Source: Candidatus Latescibacterota bacterium
Lineage (GTDB): Bacteria; Latescibacterota; UBA2968; GCA-2709665
Assembly: GCA_965248435.1 (NCBI GenBank)
Contig: OZ252100.1
Coordinates: 2,304,001 to 2,368,000, forward strand
Direction: 5' to 3'
DNA: 64,000 nucleotides
Part shown: positions 1-9,508 of the stretch, one piece after another
Position numbering within the stretch: position 1 is the first letter of the stretch
Layout of the letters: the number at the start of each line of letters is the position of its first letter
Notes under the pieces: model-generated
Database searches by the model: none
What the model was told of the DNA's origin: nothing
The model's input: only the letters and a program-made list of their open reading frames with translations
Program-made: the position numbers and the translations under genes

Positions 1-313
1 CAAGGCCGAAGGCGACCTCACGTTCCACTTGAGCGGAGACGATCTGGTCGTCAGGGTTCTGGAAGACCATCCCGACGCGGCGCCTTACCGCCTGCACCGC
101 ATCCTGAACCGACAGCCCGTCTACCAGAACATCGCCCCGGGTCGGCCTGAGCAGCCCATTCAAACAGCGCAGGAACGTCGTCTTCCCGGAGCCGTTCGCG
201 CCGATCAGGGCGACCCACTCGCCTTCGCGGAGCGAAAGGTCGATCCCCTTCAGCACCTCGGCGCGCGCGCCGTCTGGATCGTATGAAAATCGGAGGTTTC
301 GGACCTGTATCAA
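1..313 (-). CDS. ECF transporter ATP-binding subunit (EcfA/CbiO family), 3' end runs off the window
   Basis: Not in the ORF track. Manual minus-strand translation from a TTG overlapping the upstream stop (TTGA) gives IQVRNLRFSY...EWVALIGANGSGKTT (Walker A)...VGMVFQNPDDQIVSAQVEREVAFGL, the EcfA-type Q-loop region. Confidence 0.85.
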   Translation of the reverse strand, partial: MIQVRNLRFSYDPDGARAEVLKGIDLSLREGEWVALIGANGSGKTTFLRCLNGLLRPTRGDVLVDGLSVQDAVQAVRRRVGMVFQNPDDQIVSAQVEREVAFGL

Positions 314-1602
314 GCCACTACTTCACCGACAAGCTGGCCAAACGCCTCCTGCGGAGGCAGGTTGCCGTCCGGCCCGACGTCGAGCGGCCGGGGCTCGCTC
401 ATCACTTCGAGATCGGAACGCTGCTCCGTCTCCGCCAGATAGGAAATGGACGCCTCGATCTCCCCCAGGTCGAGCGTATTCCGGATCCAGAGGACCTTCG
501 CCTCGTGCGGTTCCACGAGGCCGATCGACCGCAGCGCAACCTCAAGCACTTCTCTGTCGGTCGGATAGTGCATCGGCGTAGAGGCGGCAGAAACGTGTTG
601 ACCCGTCATCGCATTGATATAGGTCGCGTTTTTGTCCATCTTGCCCACCAGCCGATCGGTCGTGAACTCCGCGAGACCGATGCCGGTCGCGTTGCCGTGG
701 GTCGCTTCGGTCAAGTCTCGCACGAAGATGCGCAGTAATCGCGGCCGCTCATCCCCCAGGGCAGTCCTGTCATTCCGTTTACGACCGATCACATTCGTGT
801 CCATGCCTGTACCGCTGATGTTCTTGCCCATCTCGTCGATAATCAGTAGATCGGCTTCTTCGAACGGCAGCTTGGGACACCAGACCTTGGCCTGCTTCTG
901 AAGTTCCTTCTCTCCCTCCTCAAAGTCATCCGAGTCCAGCACGGTGATCTGTGCAGTCTCGTCGTAGCCGTTTTCCAGAATCGCCACGCCGAACGCGATC
1001 GGCATCTTCTCTCTGACGATCCTGCCGACGATTCGCACGATCTTATCGAAAGAATGGTGAATGATGGCCCGGTGATAGACGAGTGCGCCTTTGTGCTTTC
1101 CCAGGCCGATGAGCATCATCTTCATCAGTCCGCTCTCTATCTCACCTGCGAATCCGGTGTGCGGTTTGACGCGGTTGATCACGACGACGTGGTCCGCCTC
1201 GGAAGCGTTCTTGTCGAAGTAGACCGGCACCCCGAAGTCCGTCGTATCGATCTGGATGACCTCCATCGAGGAGCGGATTGGGATTCCCATCGTGCCTTCC
1301 GTGATCCCGTAACCGGCAAGCACATCGATCTGGCCCACCGCTGTTCCGCCCCCGTGGCTGCCCATCGCCGGCACGATGTAGGGCTGCGCGCCCAGGGCCT
1401 GCACTTCCTCGACCACGGTCTTGACGATCGTGTCGATGTTCGCGATCCCCCGGCTGCCCACCGCAAGCGCGACGGAGTCTCCCGAATGGATCTTCTGGCC
1501 GGGCCGAATCGTTTTAATCTCATCACGCACCGCCTGGGGGACGTCGCTCAGGGTCGGGGCGTCCAGAATCTGGCGGACACGGAACATTTCCGGGTATTCC
1601 AT
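310..1602 (-). CDS. LarA-like (lactate racemase superfamily) domain protein
   Basis: 430 aa ORF with VGSRGIANI, PAMGSHGG, NRVKPHT...SGLMKM and GKNISGTGMDTNVIGR motifs. Confidence 0.7.
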   Translation of the reverse strand: MEYPEMFRVRQILDAPTLSDVPQAVRDEIKTIRPGQKIHSGDSVALAVGSRGIANIDTIVKTVVEEVQALGAQPYIVPAMGSHGGGTAVGQIDVLAGYGITEGTMGIPIRSSMEVIQIDTTDFGVPVYFDKNASEADHVVVINRVKPHTGFAGEIESGLMKMMLIGLGKHKGALVYHRAIIHHSFDKIVRIVGRIVREKMPIAFGVAILENGYDETAQITVLDSDDFEEGEKELQKQAKVWCPKLPFEEADLLIIDEMGKNISGTGMDTNVIGRKRNDRTALGDERPRLLRIFVRDLTEATHGNATGIGLAEFTTDRLVGKMDKNATYINAMTGQHVSAASTPMHYPTDREVLEVALRSIGLVEPHEAKVLWIRNTLDLGEIEASISYLAETEQRSDLEVMSEPRPLDVGPDGNLPPQEAFGQLVGEVVA

Positions 1603-1634
1603 GAATGAGCCTCCTGAGACTTTGGGATCACGCG

Positions 1635-2783
1635 CTACGTGGATGCTTCGTAAAGATCGATCACATCATTCAGGGTGGTCTTACGGGGATTCACTTTGAT
1701 GTTGCCGCTTTTCATGGCGTCTTCAGCAAGAATCGGGATCTGTTCGACCTTGACACCGACCTCGGTCAGGCGTTCGGGAATCTCGACGTCGCGCTCCAGC
1801 GCCTCAACCGCCTCCACGGCGCACGACGCGGCCTCCATAGGCGTCAACCCTTCGACGTCCACCCCCATCGCCGCAGCGATCTCGGCAAACGCTTCAGGGC
1901 AGGCGATCAGGTTGAACGCCATCACCCGGGGCAACAGGATAGCATTGGCCACACCGTGCGGGACCCCGAAGTGTCCGCTCACGGGGTGAGACATAGCGTG
2001 AACGTTTCCGAGCCGGGTCTGCGAAAAGGCCATTCCCGCCATCGTGCTTGCGATCAGCATCCGCTGCGTGGCCCCGTGGTTGGAATCGCTCGAGGCCGCT
2101 TGTCCAAGGTAGTCCGAAATCAGCGAGATCGCGTGAAGCGCCAGCCCCTGAGAAATCGGGTTGGCCGCAAGAGAGACGTAAGATTCCACCGCGTGAGTCA
2201 GCGCATCCATACCGGTCGCCGCGGCGACCGGCAGAGGCAGCGCCACCGCCATATCCGAGTCCAGGATACCCAGATCGGGAAGGATTTCCGGTCCTATCAC
2301 GGCGGCCTTGTAAAGATTCTCGTCTGTAATGACAGCGAATGGCGTGACCTCACTGCCTGTCCCGTAAGTCGTAGGCACACAGAGCAAAAACGGACCGCGT
2401 TCCCTTACCTTTTTGGGCCAGAAGTAATCTTCGACGCGGCCGCCGTTAACGATGATGACGGCCGCTCCCTTGGCCGTGTCCATCGAGCTCCCGCCGCCCA
2501 GCGCGATCAGGCAGTCACACCCCTCGGCCTCGTAGCGCTCCGCACAGGCGTGCACCACGCGAACGGGCGGGTTGGCCTCCACCCCATCGTATACGGCAGA
2601 CGCGACCCCCTCCGAATCCAGAAGCGAGGTGAGCCGTCCCACAAGACCCGCCTCGACGAGCCCCTGATCGGTCACCACGAGTGGCTTTTTAAGACCTTTT
2701 TTAGCCAGGGCACCGGGCGTTTCTGCCACCGCACCTCGGCCTGAGATCAGGCGGGTTGGAGAAAAAAAGCTGAAGGGTTCCAT
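1635..2783 (-). CDS. iron-containing alcohol dehydrogenase
   Basis: GGGSSMDTAK, PTTYGTGSEVT, GMDALTHAVE, GNVHAMSH and PHGVANAILLP motifs. Confidence 0.95.
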   Translation of the reverse strand: MEPFSFFSPTRLISGRGAVAETPGALAKKGLKKPLVVTDQGLVEAGLVGRLTSLLDSEGVASAVYDGVEANPPVRVVHACAERYEAEGCDCLIALGGGSSMDTAKGAAVIIVNGGRVEDYFWPKKVRERGPFLLCVPTTYGTGSEVTPFAVITDENLYKAAVIGPEILPDLGILDSDMAVALPLPVAAATGMDALTHAVESYVSLAANPISQGLALHAISLISDYLGQAASSDSNHGATQRMLIASTMAGMAFSQTRLGNVHAMSHPVSGHFGVPHGVANAILLPRVMAFNLIACPEAFAEIAAAMGVDVEGLTPMEAASCAVEAVEALERDVEIPERLTEVGVKVEQIPILAEDAMKSGNIKVNPRKTTLNDVIDLYEAST

Positions 2784-2888
2784 ATCGATCTCTCAGAGTA
2801 TCCAGAATCGGCCAAATGCACCCATAAATCATAGGCATTTTCGCGGTTCTACACAAGATCGTTCAAAGGCAGCGCATCGCGAGACCCG

Positions 2889-3461
2889 TTATGAACCGTC
2901 AGTCTGCAGCAGCTGCAAGACCTCCCCCAAACCCTCCGCCGATGGCGTGTGATCGAGCGTCGGCTTCCCGTTCGTCAGGTAGATACATCTCACTCCCGTG
3001 CGACGACAGGCCTCGACGTCGTATCGACTGTCTCCGATCTTGGTCGCCTCTTCCGGCTGGACGCCAAGCGCCTGGAGCGCCTTCTCGATCAGATCCCCAG
3101 AGGGTTTGAGTTCTCCGTCGTCCCTGCTGAGTGCTACATCGAATTCCAAACCGAACCTTCGGATCACCGTTTGCATCGCCTCTTTATGGTTGTTCGTCAC
3201 GAGCGCGATCCCGATCCCCTTCGAACGCAGGTAATCCACCAGCTCATTCAGCCCCTCGTTCGGCGCTGCCCGCTCGGCGGCTTCTCGCTCGGTCTTCCTC
3301 AGCTCCTCATTCGCCCATGCCGAGCGCTCGGACGGAAGGCTGTCGATGTGTTCGAGGATCGTCCGCTCCGGGACCGCCCCGATCTTCTCCCGAAGCGCCT
3401 TCCAGTCGATGTAGGGGACGGTCACCGTACCGTCCATATCGAGAATCACGCCCTTTAACAC
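2889..3461 (-). CDS. HAD-family hydrolase
   Basis: DMDGTV motif I, VTNN motif II, KP and IGDSRYD motifs. Confidence 0.9.
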   Translation of the reverse strand: MLKGVILDMDGTVTVPYIDWKALREKIGAVPERTILEHIDSLPSERSAWANEELRKTEREAAERAAPNEGLNELVDYLRSKGIGIALVTNNHKEAMQTVIRRFGLEFDVALSRDDGELKPSGDLIEKALQALGVQPEEATKIGDSRYDVEACRRTGVRCIYLTNGKPTLDHTPSAEGLGEVLQLLQTDGS

Positions 3462-3516
3462 AACCTAACCTCTATCAGTCGACTGATTTCGGAAGCCACG
3501 AAACACGTCACCGGTT

Positions 3517-3636
3517 CCGACCCACCCCTAAATCCCCTCCAAGGAGGGGACTTTTCGTATTTCATCCGGGTAGGAGGGAAGGTCACCAAGATCCCCTCCC
3601 GGGAGGGGTGCCCGACGGAGTCGGGCGGGGTGGGTC
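3517..3636. repeat. GC-rich palindromic intergenic repeat element
   Basis: Two related hairpins, CCCCTCCAAGGAGGGG and CCCCTCCCGGGAGGGG, flanked by GACCCACCCC...GGGGTGGGTC. A related palindrome lies at ~13963-13996. Confidence 0.6.
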
Positions 3637-3680
3637 ATATCCGCAATCCCAGATCCGCAATCGCAATTGAGACACGTCTT

Positions 3681-4709
3681 CTACATCACCTTGGTGATTT
3701 CGTCACGTTCGAAAGTCGGCAAATCGATCAGTGAGCCGTCCCGGGCGACCTTCAGTCCGAAGCTCCGATCCTCCACGCGGCCAATTATCTCGCATCGGAT
3801 GCCCTCGGCGCGGATGGCGTCCCTCACCTGATCCGCATCGGCTTCGGCAACGCCAATCAGCAGCGCCCCGGAGGATATCACGCCCAGAGGATCGAGTCCA
3901 CATACGGCACATAGCCGGCGCGTCTCGTCTGAGGCGAACAGCGCCTCGGCCTCCAGTGAGAGACCGACGTCCGAAGCCGTCGCCAGTTCACGGAGTGCCG
4001 TGGCCACGCCGCCTTCGGTCGGGTCGTGCATGGCGTGCACTCGCGCTGAGTCGCAGGCGATTCGGGCCTCTTGCAAAATGCTGATCCCGGGATCGTGGAG
4101 GTAGTTCCGGGCACGGGCCAGTGTCTCAGCGTCGATTCCCTTCTCGGCAAGCACAACCGCAATCTCCCTGGCCAGGATGGCCGTGGCTTCCACCCCCAGT
4201 CCTTTGGTCATCAAAAGACGGTCCCCCACTTCGAGTCCGGAGGACCGGACGAGATCTTCCCGGCCGACCTCCCCCAGCATCTGACCGATCACGATCGGAC
4301 GATCGAGTCCCACCGTGATCTCCGTGTGCCCCCCGCAGAAGGAGACATCGATCTCACGTGCGGCGGAATGGATCGACTCAAAAATCGCTTCGATCTGCGG
4401 ATCATCGGTTCGCCCTTCCGGCAACAGCAACGTGGCCAGAAACCACCTGGGACGAGCACCCATCGTCGCGAGGTCGTTCGCATTCACGTGGATCGCATAA
4501 AACCCGATTTCGTCCGTCGCGAACGTAATCGGGTCCGTCTTCGCGACCAGACAGGTCTCGCCGAACTCGATGACCGTTGCGTCTTCCCCGATACTCGGAC
4601 CGACAAGGACTCGCTCACCCGCATCCGTGTAACGACTCAGAAGCCTGGAAAGCGTATCCAGCGGGAGCTTCCCTGGAGGGTGAAATCGCTTCAATGCGAA
4701 GTCCTTCAA
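3681..4709 (-). CDS. AIR synthase-related (PurM/HypE-like) protein
   Basis: GEDATVI, KTDPIT, NANDLATMGA, GGHTEIT and AMHDPTEGG motifs. Confidence 0.9.
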   Translation of the reverse strand: MKDFALKRFHPPGKLPLDTLSRLLSRYTDAGERVLVGPSIGEDATVIEFGETCLVAKTDPITFATDEIGFYAIHVNANDLATMGARPRWFLATLLLPEGRTDDPQIEAIFESIHSAAREIDVSFCGGHTEITVGLDRPIVIGQMLGEVGREDLVRSSGLEVGDRLLMTKGLGVEATAILAREIAVVLAEKGIDAETLARARNYLHDPGISILQEARIACDSARVHAMHDPTEGGVATALRELATASDVGLSLEAEALFASDETRRLCAVCGLDPLGVISSGALLIGVAEADADQVRDAIRAEGIRCEIIGRVEDRSFGLKVARDGSLIDLPTFERDEITKVM

Positions 4710-5077
4710 GTCTCGGAATCCAGGAAGACCGTCTGCCGATCCCCGTCAGAAAACGAAATGATCGCGCGGAGTGGTTCCCGTCCCGTGTTCACTGCGTTGT
4801 GAACGACGCCTTTGGGGACGCGGATCGTGTCCCCGGCCTCCATGCGGAAGACCTCCTCTCCCACCGCGTGTTCGCACTGCCCTGACAGCACGTGAAGAAG
4901 CTCTTCGCAGTTGGGATGGTAATGGGGGGGGTTCTGGGAACCCGGATTGATTGTTGCGATCCCGAAGGTCTGCTGCGCATCCTCGTTCAGCCGCTGACTC
5001 ATCAGCCACTTGAGGGCGCCCCAATCATACTGCTCTGTCGCTACTTCGCTCAAGCGTGTCACAGGCCCCGATTCCAT
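4706..5077 (-). CDS. cupin domain protein
   Basis: PHYHPNCEELLHVLSG...GDTIRVPKGVVHNAVN two-motif cupin signature. Confidence 0.9.
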   Translation of the reverse strand: MESGPVTRLSEVATEQYDWGALKWLMSQRLNEDAQQTFGIATINPGSQNPPHYHPNCEELLHVLSGQCEHAVGEEVFRMEAGDTIRVPKGVVHNAVNTGREPLRAIISFSDGDRQTVFLDSET

Positions 5078-5134
5078 CTCGCCTCCAGCGCGAAAAGACC
5101 GCTACAAACCTGGATAATTTCAATCTCTGAGCAC

Positions 5135-5163
5135 ACGATAGCCCATTTGGCATGACCTGTCAA
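5135..5163 (-). promoter_or_regulatory. putative sigma70 promoter for the cupin/AIR-synthase-like genes
   Basis: Minus-strand TTGACA-N17-TATCGT about 60 nt upstream of the cupin start. Confidence 0.5.
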
Positions 5164-5433
5164 CACGTAAACTGGCTGAGAAAAACCAGCTGACGGGTGC
5201 AAATTCGCCATTTCCGCGCGTATCGATTCGGGCCTGTCGGCCCTCCCGAATCTCGGCCTTGTGAATATCCCGCCTCAGATCCGGCCCATACGATTTCGAC
5301 GGGTTCGGAATGCGATCTGGCATACCATTTGCGAATACATCCCAGTGATCAGAATGGCGGTGGCCCGACCTGCCGCCGTTCCCTCAACTGGGAACCGGCG
5401 TCCCCCGACTGCCGGTTCCCTTTTTTGTGGCAA

Positions 5434-5466
5434 AGAAAAACCCGGAGGAGATGCTCCGGGTTTTCT
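5434..5466. terminator. bidirectional intrinsic terminator-like hairpin
   Basis: AGAAAAACCCGGAG-GAGATG-CTCCGGGTTTTCT downstream of the 5506 stop. Confidence 0.55.
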
Positions 5467-5505
5467 CTGTTTCTGCTCGTTCTGCAGGGGCCAGACTGCA
5501 CCTCC

Positions 5506-6272
5506 CTATCTACTGGTTCTCATGCACCGTTCAATTGTGTCGCGAACAAAGTCCAGCGTTTGCTCCAGATCTATTTCCTCCTCATTGCGCCACGATAGAG
5601 ACGCTTCGATCAATCTCGTTCGCTCCTTAGCAGCAGATTCCATCGCCCATCTTGCGGCAACCGGCTTTGAGACAATCTCTCCATTTTGGACTGTATAGAG
5701 TGCCCTGCACATCGTGAGAACGGCATACGCTCGATACTCACTGGTACGCAGAAAAGTGGGTTCCTTAAGCATGGGAGACCACCACTCGCCAAGCGTTCCC
5801 CTGGCAGCTCCCCGCAGTTCGTCCGGCCCCACCGGATCGATTAGCGTCTTCGGGTCTGGGCCCGCCAAGCAAACTCCCTTTTCTCGGAGAACGTGGAGGT
5901 GAATCACCCAGTCAATCCCGTGATTCCCCACGCCGAATTCCCAATCTACACCGATCGAGGGATACCGTGCCTGCGGATCATATCGCCTGAGCGCTCGCCG
6001 CGGAACATAGAAACCCTCCAGCTTCTTCGCCCATTTCAGACTGCTCGCTGAGATTCGATCGTGCATCCCCTTCAGATCGGAGATTGTTTCAGTTGAAAGT
6101 TCCTCCTGCGTGGCGACAACAAAATCGATATCACTCCGCAGGAGATCGAAATCCCGGTTGCGAGCGATCCGAATAGATACACGCCAAGAAGGCGATCCCC
6201 CAAAGTCGTCTGTACATCTGATTGAATGATTTGAAGTATCGCATTGACATCATTGTAAGGGGTAGGATTCAT
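5506..6272 (-). pseudogene. aminoglycoside adenylyltransferase-like nucleotidyltransferase (AadA/DUF4111-like), frameshifted
   Basis: The N-terminal frame reads MNPTPYNDVN...GVYLFGSLATG. An alternative frame continues DFDLLRSDIDFVVAT directly into the 5506..6066 ORF (YAVLTMCRALYT...VSKPVAARWA). One base is missing in ACC-GG-GAT near 6154. Confidence 0.75.
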
Positions 6273-6289
6273 AGCAGAAGTCTTCGGGA

Positions 6290-6880
6290 CTACGATTCCC
6301 GTGCCTTCCAGAACTCGTGTGCGGATTTCGCGAGGTCTCTGTGGTTGCGGTGCCAATTCTCTACCTTGTCATAAAACCAGTATCTAAGATCCAGCCCTTC
6401 ATTCGACAGACGCATCTCACCGCCAGTTACTCTACAATAGTAGACAACTGAGATCATCGAATGCGGGCCATTCTCCTCGCTGGGAAACCGAGCGAATACG
6501 TCCACTAGAGATACACACTCGACCTCTAACCCTGTCTCTTCCCGTGTTTCCCGCACCGCAGCTTCTGCCGGGCTTTCATTCAGCTCGACCCAACCACACG
6601 GCAGGCACCATTTCTCATCGTCTGAACGCTGCATGAGCAAGATTCGGCCCTCCTGATCGAAGATGGCTGCATCCGCGCCGACTTTGGGCGTAGCGACTCC
6701 CAACTCCATACAGAGCCGCTCACGCGCCCCTTCTGACGGTACACTGACAGACGCCCCGTAGTACTCGCTCACCAGCTCGATCAAACGCTCATATCGTTGG
6801 CGATCGTAGTCATTGCCCGCGAACTCGAGTCCGTTGCGCGCGATGCCTCTCAACTCATCAAGAAGTGGCAATATGTCCAA
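6290..6880 (-). CDS. NUDIX hydrolase with N-terminal extension (ADP-ribose pyrophosphatase-like)
   Basis: Nudix box GWVELNESPAEAAVRETREETG; N-terminal IARNGLEFAGNDYDRQRY. Confidence 0.9.
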   Translation of the reverse strand: MDILPLLDELRGIARNGLEFAGNDYDRQRYERLIELVSEYYGASVSVPSEGARERLCMELGVATPKVGADAAIFDQEGRILLMQRSDDEKWCLPCGWVELNESPAEAAVRETREETGLEVECVSLVDVFARFPSEENGPHSMISVVYYCRVTGGEMRLSNEGLDLRYWFYDKVENWHRNHRDLAKSAHEFWKARES

Positions 6881-6940
6881 TTCGCAAGATATCCTTTGCG
6901 TGCTTCTTGAAGTTCCTGCCTTACGACGATATACGTTCGC

Positions 6941-7432
6941 CTAAGCGTCAATCTTAAGCGATCGAAAAGCCCTTTTAGGTCTGTCATAGTCGAGATACGA
7001 CATCGGAGCATCGTTCAAGCGTAACGATACGTCATGTGGAGACAGGGGTCGGTTAGCCAGATAAATCTTCGCTTGCATAATGAGGTCGTTCATTGAGCCT
7101 GTAACTGCTCGATTGAGTGCTTTGGAGAACGATATCGTATCCATTGAGGGGGCGATCAGTCTCTCGAAAATAAACCTGTGTCCATCGTCTCGGATAAATT
7201 CACCCATGTAGTCTGTGATCTGATCCAAAAACTGAAAATCGGTGGTGATGTCTCTCCCATACATCACCATTGAATACAGAGAAGCACTGTTCGTAATCAG
7301 AATGTATTGGGTACGATCAGCCGTAAACAAGTGTGTGGACCAATCGGCAAACGGGTTAGAATCGGCAGGCAAAGACAGTTGAGGTGTAAAGTGAATCTTT
7401 TTGCTAATCTTGGCCGAGACTCTGATTATCAT
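6941..7432 (-). CDS. hypothetical protein (DUF6933-like)
   Basis: 163 aa ORF with DWSTHLF, ILITNSASLYS and NRAVTGSMND segments. Confidence 0.6.
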   Translation of the reverse strand: MIIRVSAKISKKIHFTPQLSLPADSNPFADWSTHLFTADRTQYILITNSASLYSMVMYGRDITTDFQFLDQITDYMGEFIRDDGHRFIFERLIAPSMDTISFSKALNRAVTGSMNDLIMQAKIYLANRPLSPHDVSLRLNDAPMSYLDYDRPKRAFRSLKIDA

Positions 7433-7729
7433 CCTTGTTCCACATTGCCGTCGTGTTCCATCAAGGGCAACTCACTATTGATTTTGCCATACCCGCTACC
7501 CGTGTTTTGCTTTCCAGGTATCTGGTTCTTACTCTGCGTCTCTGCGGTGGTGTTTGGTTTTCGAACGGCGAGCGACCGGTTTCTCCTCTGGATGCGGGGG
7601 GGGTCGCCTGCCGGTCTTCGGCGGGATTTTGTGCTCTTCCGTGATCCAGCCTTTCATTACGCGATCCCAAATCCGCCGTCCCCTGACGCTCCGCCTACCG
7701 TGCCTGGTAGTGGAAGCTATGAGATTGCC

Positions 7730-7900
7730 TACACCCAGTAGCCGTCGATAATCAGACCAGCTTAATTGTGCCCCCGGGGGCACAATTGGAAACCTGCTGT
7801 ACCGGTCGATCACCTCGTAGATAACCCGCCTTCGAAGTCCAATCCGCCCCTCGAACTCCCCGACTACGTAGGCCCCGTACTCCCGGTTTTTCCCCTCCTC
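7730..7900 (-). pseudogene. remnant of a DUF1016/YhcG N-terminal domain
   Basis: REYGAYVV...YSRFPIVPPGAQLSWSDYRRLLGV resembles the YhcG 'YG...FP...LSWSHY..LL' pattern. The reading frame then runs into intergenic repeats. Confidence 0.5.
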
Positions 7901-8099
7901 GAGAATCTCTACCGCCCGCTCCGCCAAGGCGTCTAGTCTGCGAACCGTAACCATAGTTGCCATTGAACAGCCCAAAATCAAGTACACCAACTCGAGTTTA
8001 CTGTTGGAAAACGGCTAGATATACGCAAAAAGGAGAGCCCAACCAAAATGTCGGGCTCTATCAGGTGCTCGGCAAGAGTATATCGCTTCGTGTCGATAC

Positions 8100-8477
8100 T
8101 CAGATGTCGAATTCGTACCAGGTGTTTCTAATAGATCGTGTCATATGGCGAGCATTTGCAGCATCATCTTGAATCCGTTTCAGCACAACTTTGTCCATGT
8201 CCTCTTCGATAACGTAAGACTCTAAACTCAAAACGGTCTCAAGATGCTTGATCGAATAGATCTTTGCCGCGGAATAGGCGATAACAGAATCGTGCTTAAT
8301 AAAAGGATGCTCGCCAGATTTCAAAATCGTTGTGCAGTCGGACTTACCGCGGCGTGTAGTTATAGATACCACTACAACCTCGTTATTGGCATTTGGACCT
8401 GTTAGCACAACGTGTAAGTGTCTCTTCTGCCCAGGCACAGTGGAATCCAAGAAACACAGTCCCGGCTTGATGACCAT
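8100..8477 (-). CDS. putative PemK/MazF-like toxin
   Basis: KRHLHVVLT...VVVVSITT...GEHPFIKHDSVI pattern; begins 4 nt after the Panacea gene stop. Confidence 0.55.
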   Translation of the reverse strand: MVIKPGLCFLDSTVPGQKRHLHVVLTGPNANNEVVVVSITTRRGKSDCTTILKSGEHPFIKHDSVIAYSAAKIYSIKHLETVLSLESYVIEEDMDKVVLKRIQDDAANARHMTRSIRNTWYEFDI

Positions 8478-8481
8478 GATC

Positions 8482-9033
8482 CTATCCCAAGTGTTTCTCT
8501 TCCAGTGCCCTCGTCTCCAATTCTTCTATGATTTCGCGCCTATCTTCTTCCTTTACATCCAGCGCTCTCAGAATATCATCAAGAGTTATTTCCTCTGCAC
8601 CGCCACCAGGAGGACTACGCCACTCGGAAAAGCCGTGTGTGAGCTCGCTCATCTCCCATTTCGTTGTGCTTTTATACTCATCGAAAACTTCTCTGGCCAG
8701 TTCAACTTCAGCGTCGGATAGTTGGTCGTCTGGTGTCTCTCTCAATGGCCTTAGGGCATGCTGTTCCACTTCAGAAATGTATTGCCTCCAATATTCTCCT
8801 ATCGGGGGCCACGTTTCATTCTTGATGAGATCGTAGGTATTGCTCAGCACAGGACCAAGCTTCATCGAAACGTACCTGTCAAACGTAATGGGAAACTCCC
8901 ATCGCTTGAGAGCTTCGCGGTCTATGATGTACAAAAGCTTAAGAAGCTTAATCGTACTCATCTGGCCACCAGCCATCTTGAGTAAAACGCCGGCCAACTG
9001 AGTCGTTTTTCCTTCTCTAAATTCCGGCAGCAT
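8482..9033 (-). CDS. Panacea-domain (DUF4065/SocA-like) antitoxin
   Basis: KLLKLLYIIDR, PITFDRYVSMKLGPV and SELTHGFSEW motifs. The ATG at 9033 has an AGGGGG RBS; the ORF track starts at 9063. Confidence 0.85.
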   Translation of the reverse strand: MLPEFREGKTTQLAGVLLKMAGGQMSTIKLLKLLYIIDREALKRWEFPITFDRYVSMKLGPVLSNTYDLIKNETWPPIGEYWRQYISEVEQHALRPLRETPDDQLSDAEVELAREVFDEYKSTTKWEMSELTHGFSEWRSPPGGGAEEITLDDILRALDVKEEDRREIIEELETRALEEKHLG

Positions 9034-9508
9034 GACACCCCCTGGATAGAGTCTGTCTCCCATGTTTAACGTATCGCTGATTCATCGCCCGATCTTTAGT
9101 GCACAAGGAGACAATATTCGCGCGCCACTCTATGCTTGGGTAATGCGCAAGAAAACTCAGGAATATCCAAGTTCTGGAAATATTTACCAATCTTCAAGGA
9201 AAAGGTAGTAGCTTCCGGCTGGCTTTCGAATTCACGGGGACAATTCGTACTTTGTGGGATAGCCCTAAGTAAGCCTCAGCAATCAGGTTACACATACAAG
9301 GACCATTACTACATATCATACTCTCAATTAACGCTTTCGTCAACCATTCGCACCCAACTTTACGTCTGCCAACCACTTACGTACACGGCTCGATTCTTGA
9401 TAATGTTCCCAATTTCTTGCGCTATCCATGCCAACAAGCAAACGCGCTGCCACGTCTCAACTCAAAGCTCGGCAAGTTCAATACGTTATTCGGCTAGACT
9501 CTGGATTT

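Noticed and set aside
7529-7990. 153 aa ORF as an intact gene
   Set aside because: Only the middle resembles the DUF1016 N-terminal domain; the 3' part is translated repeat sequence.
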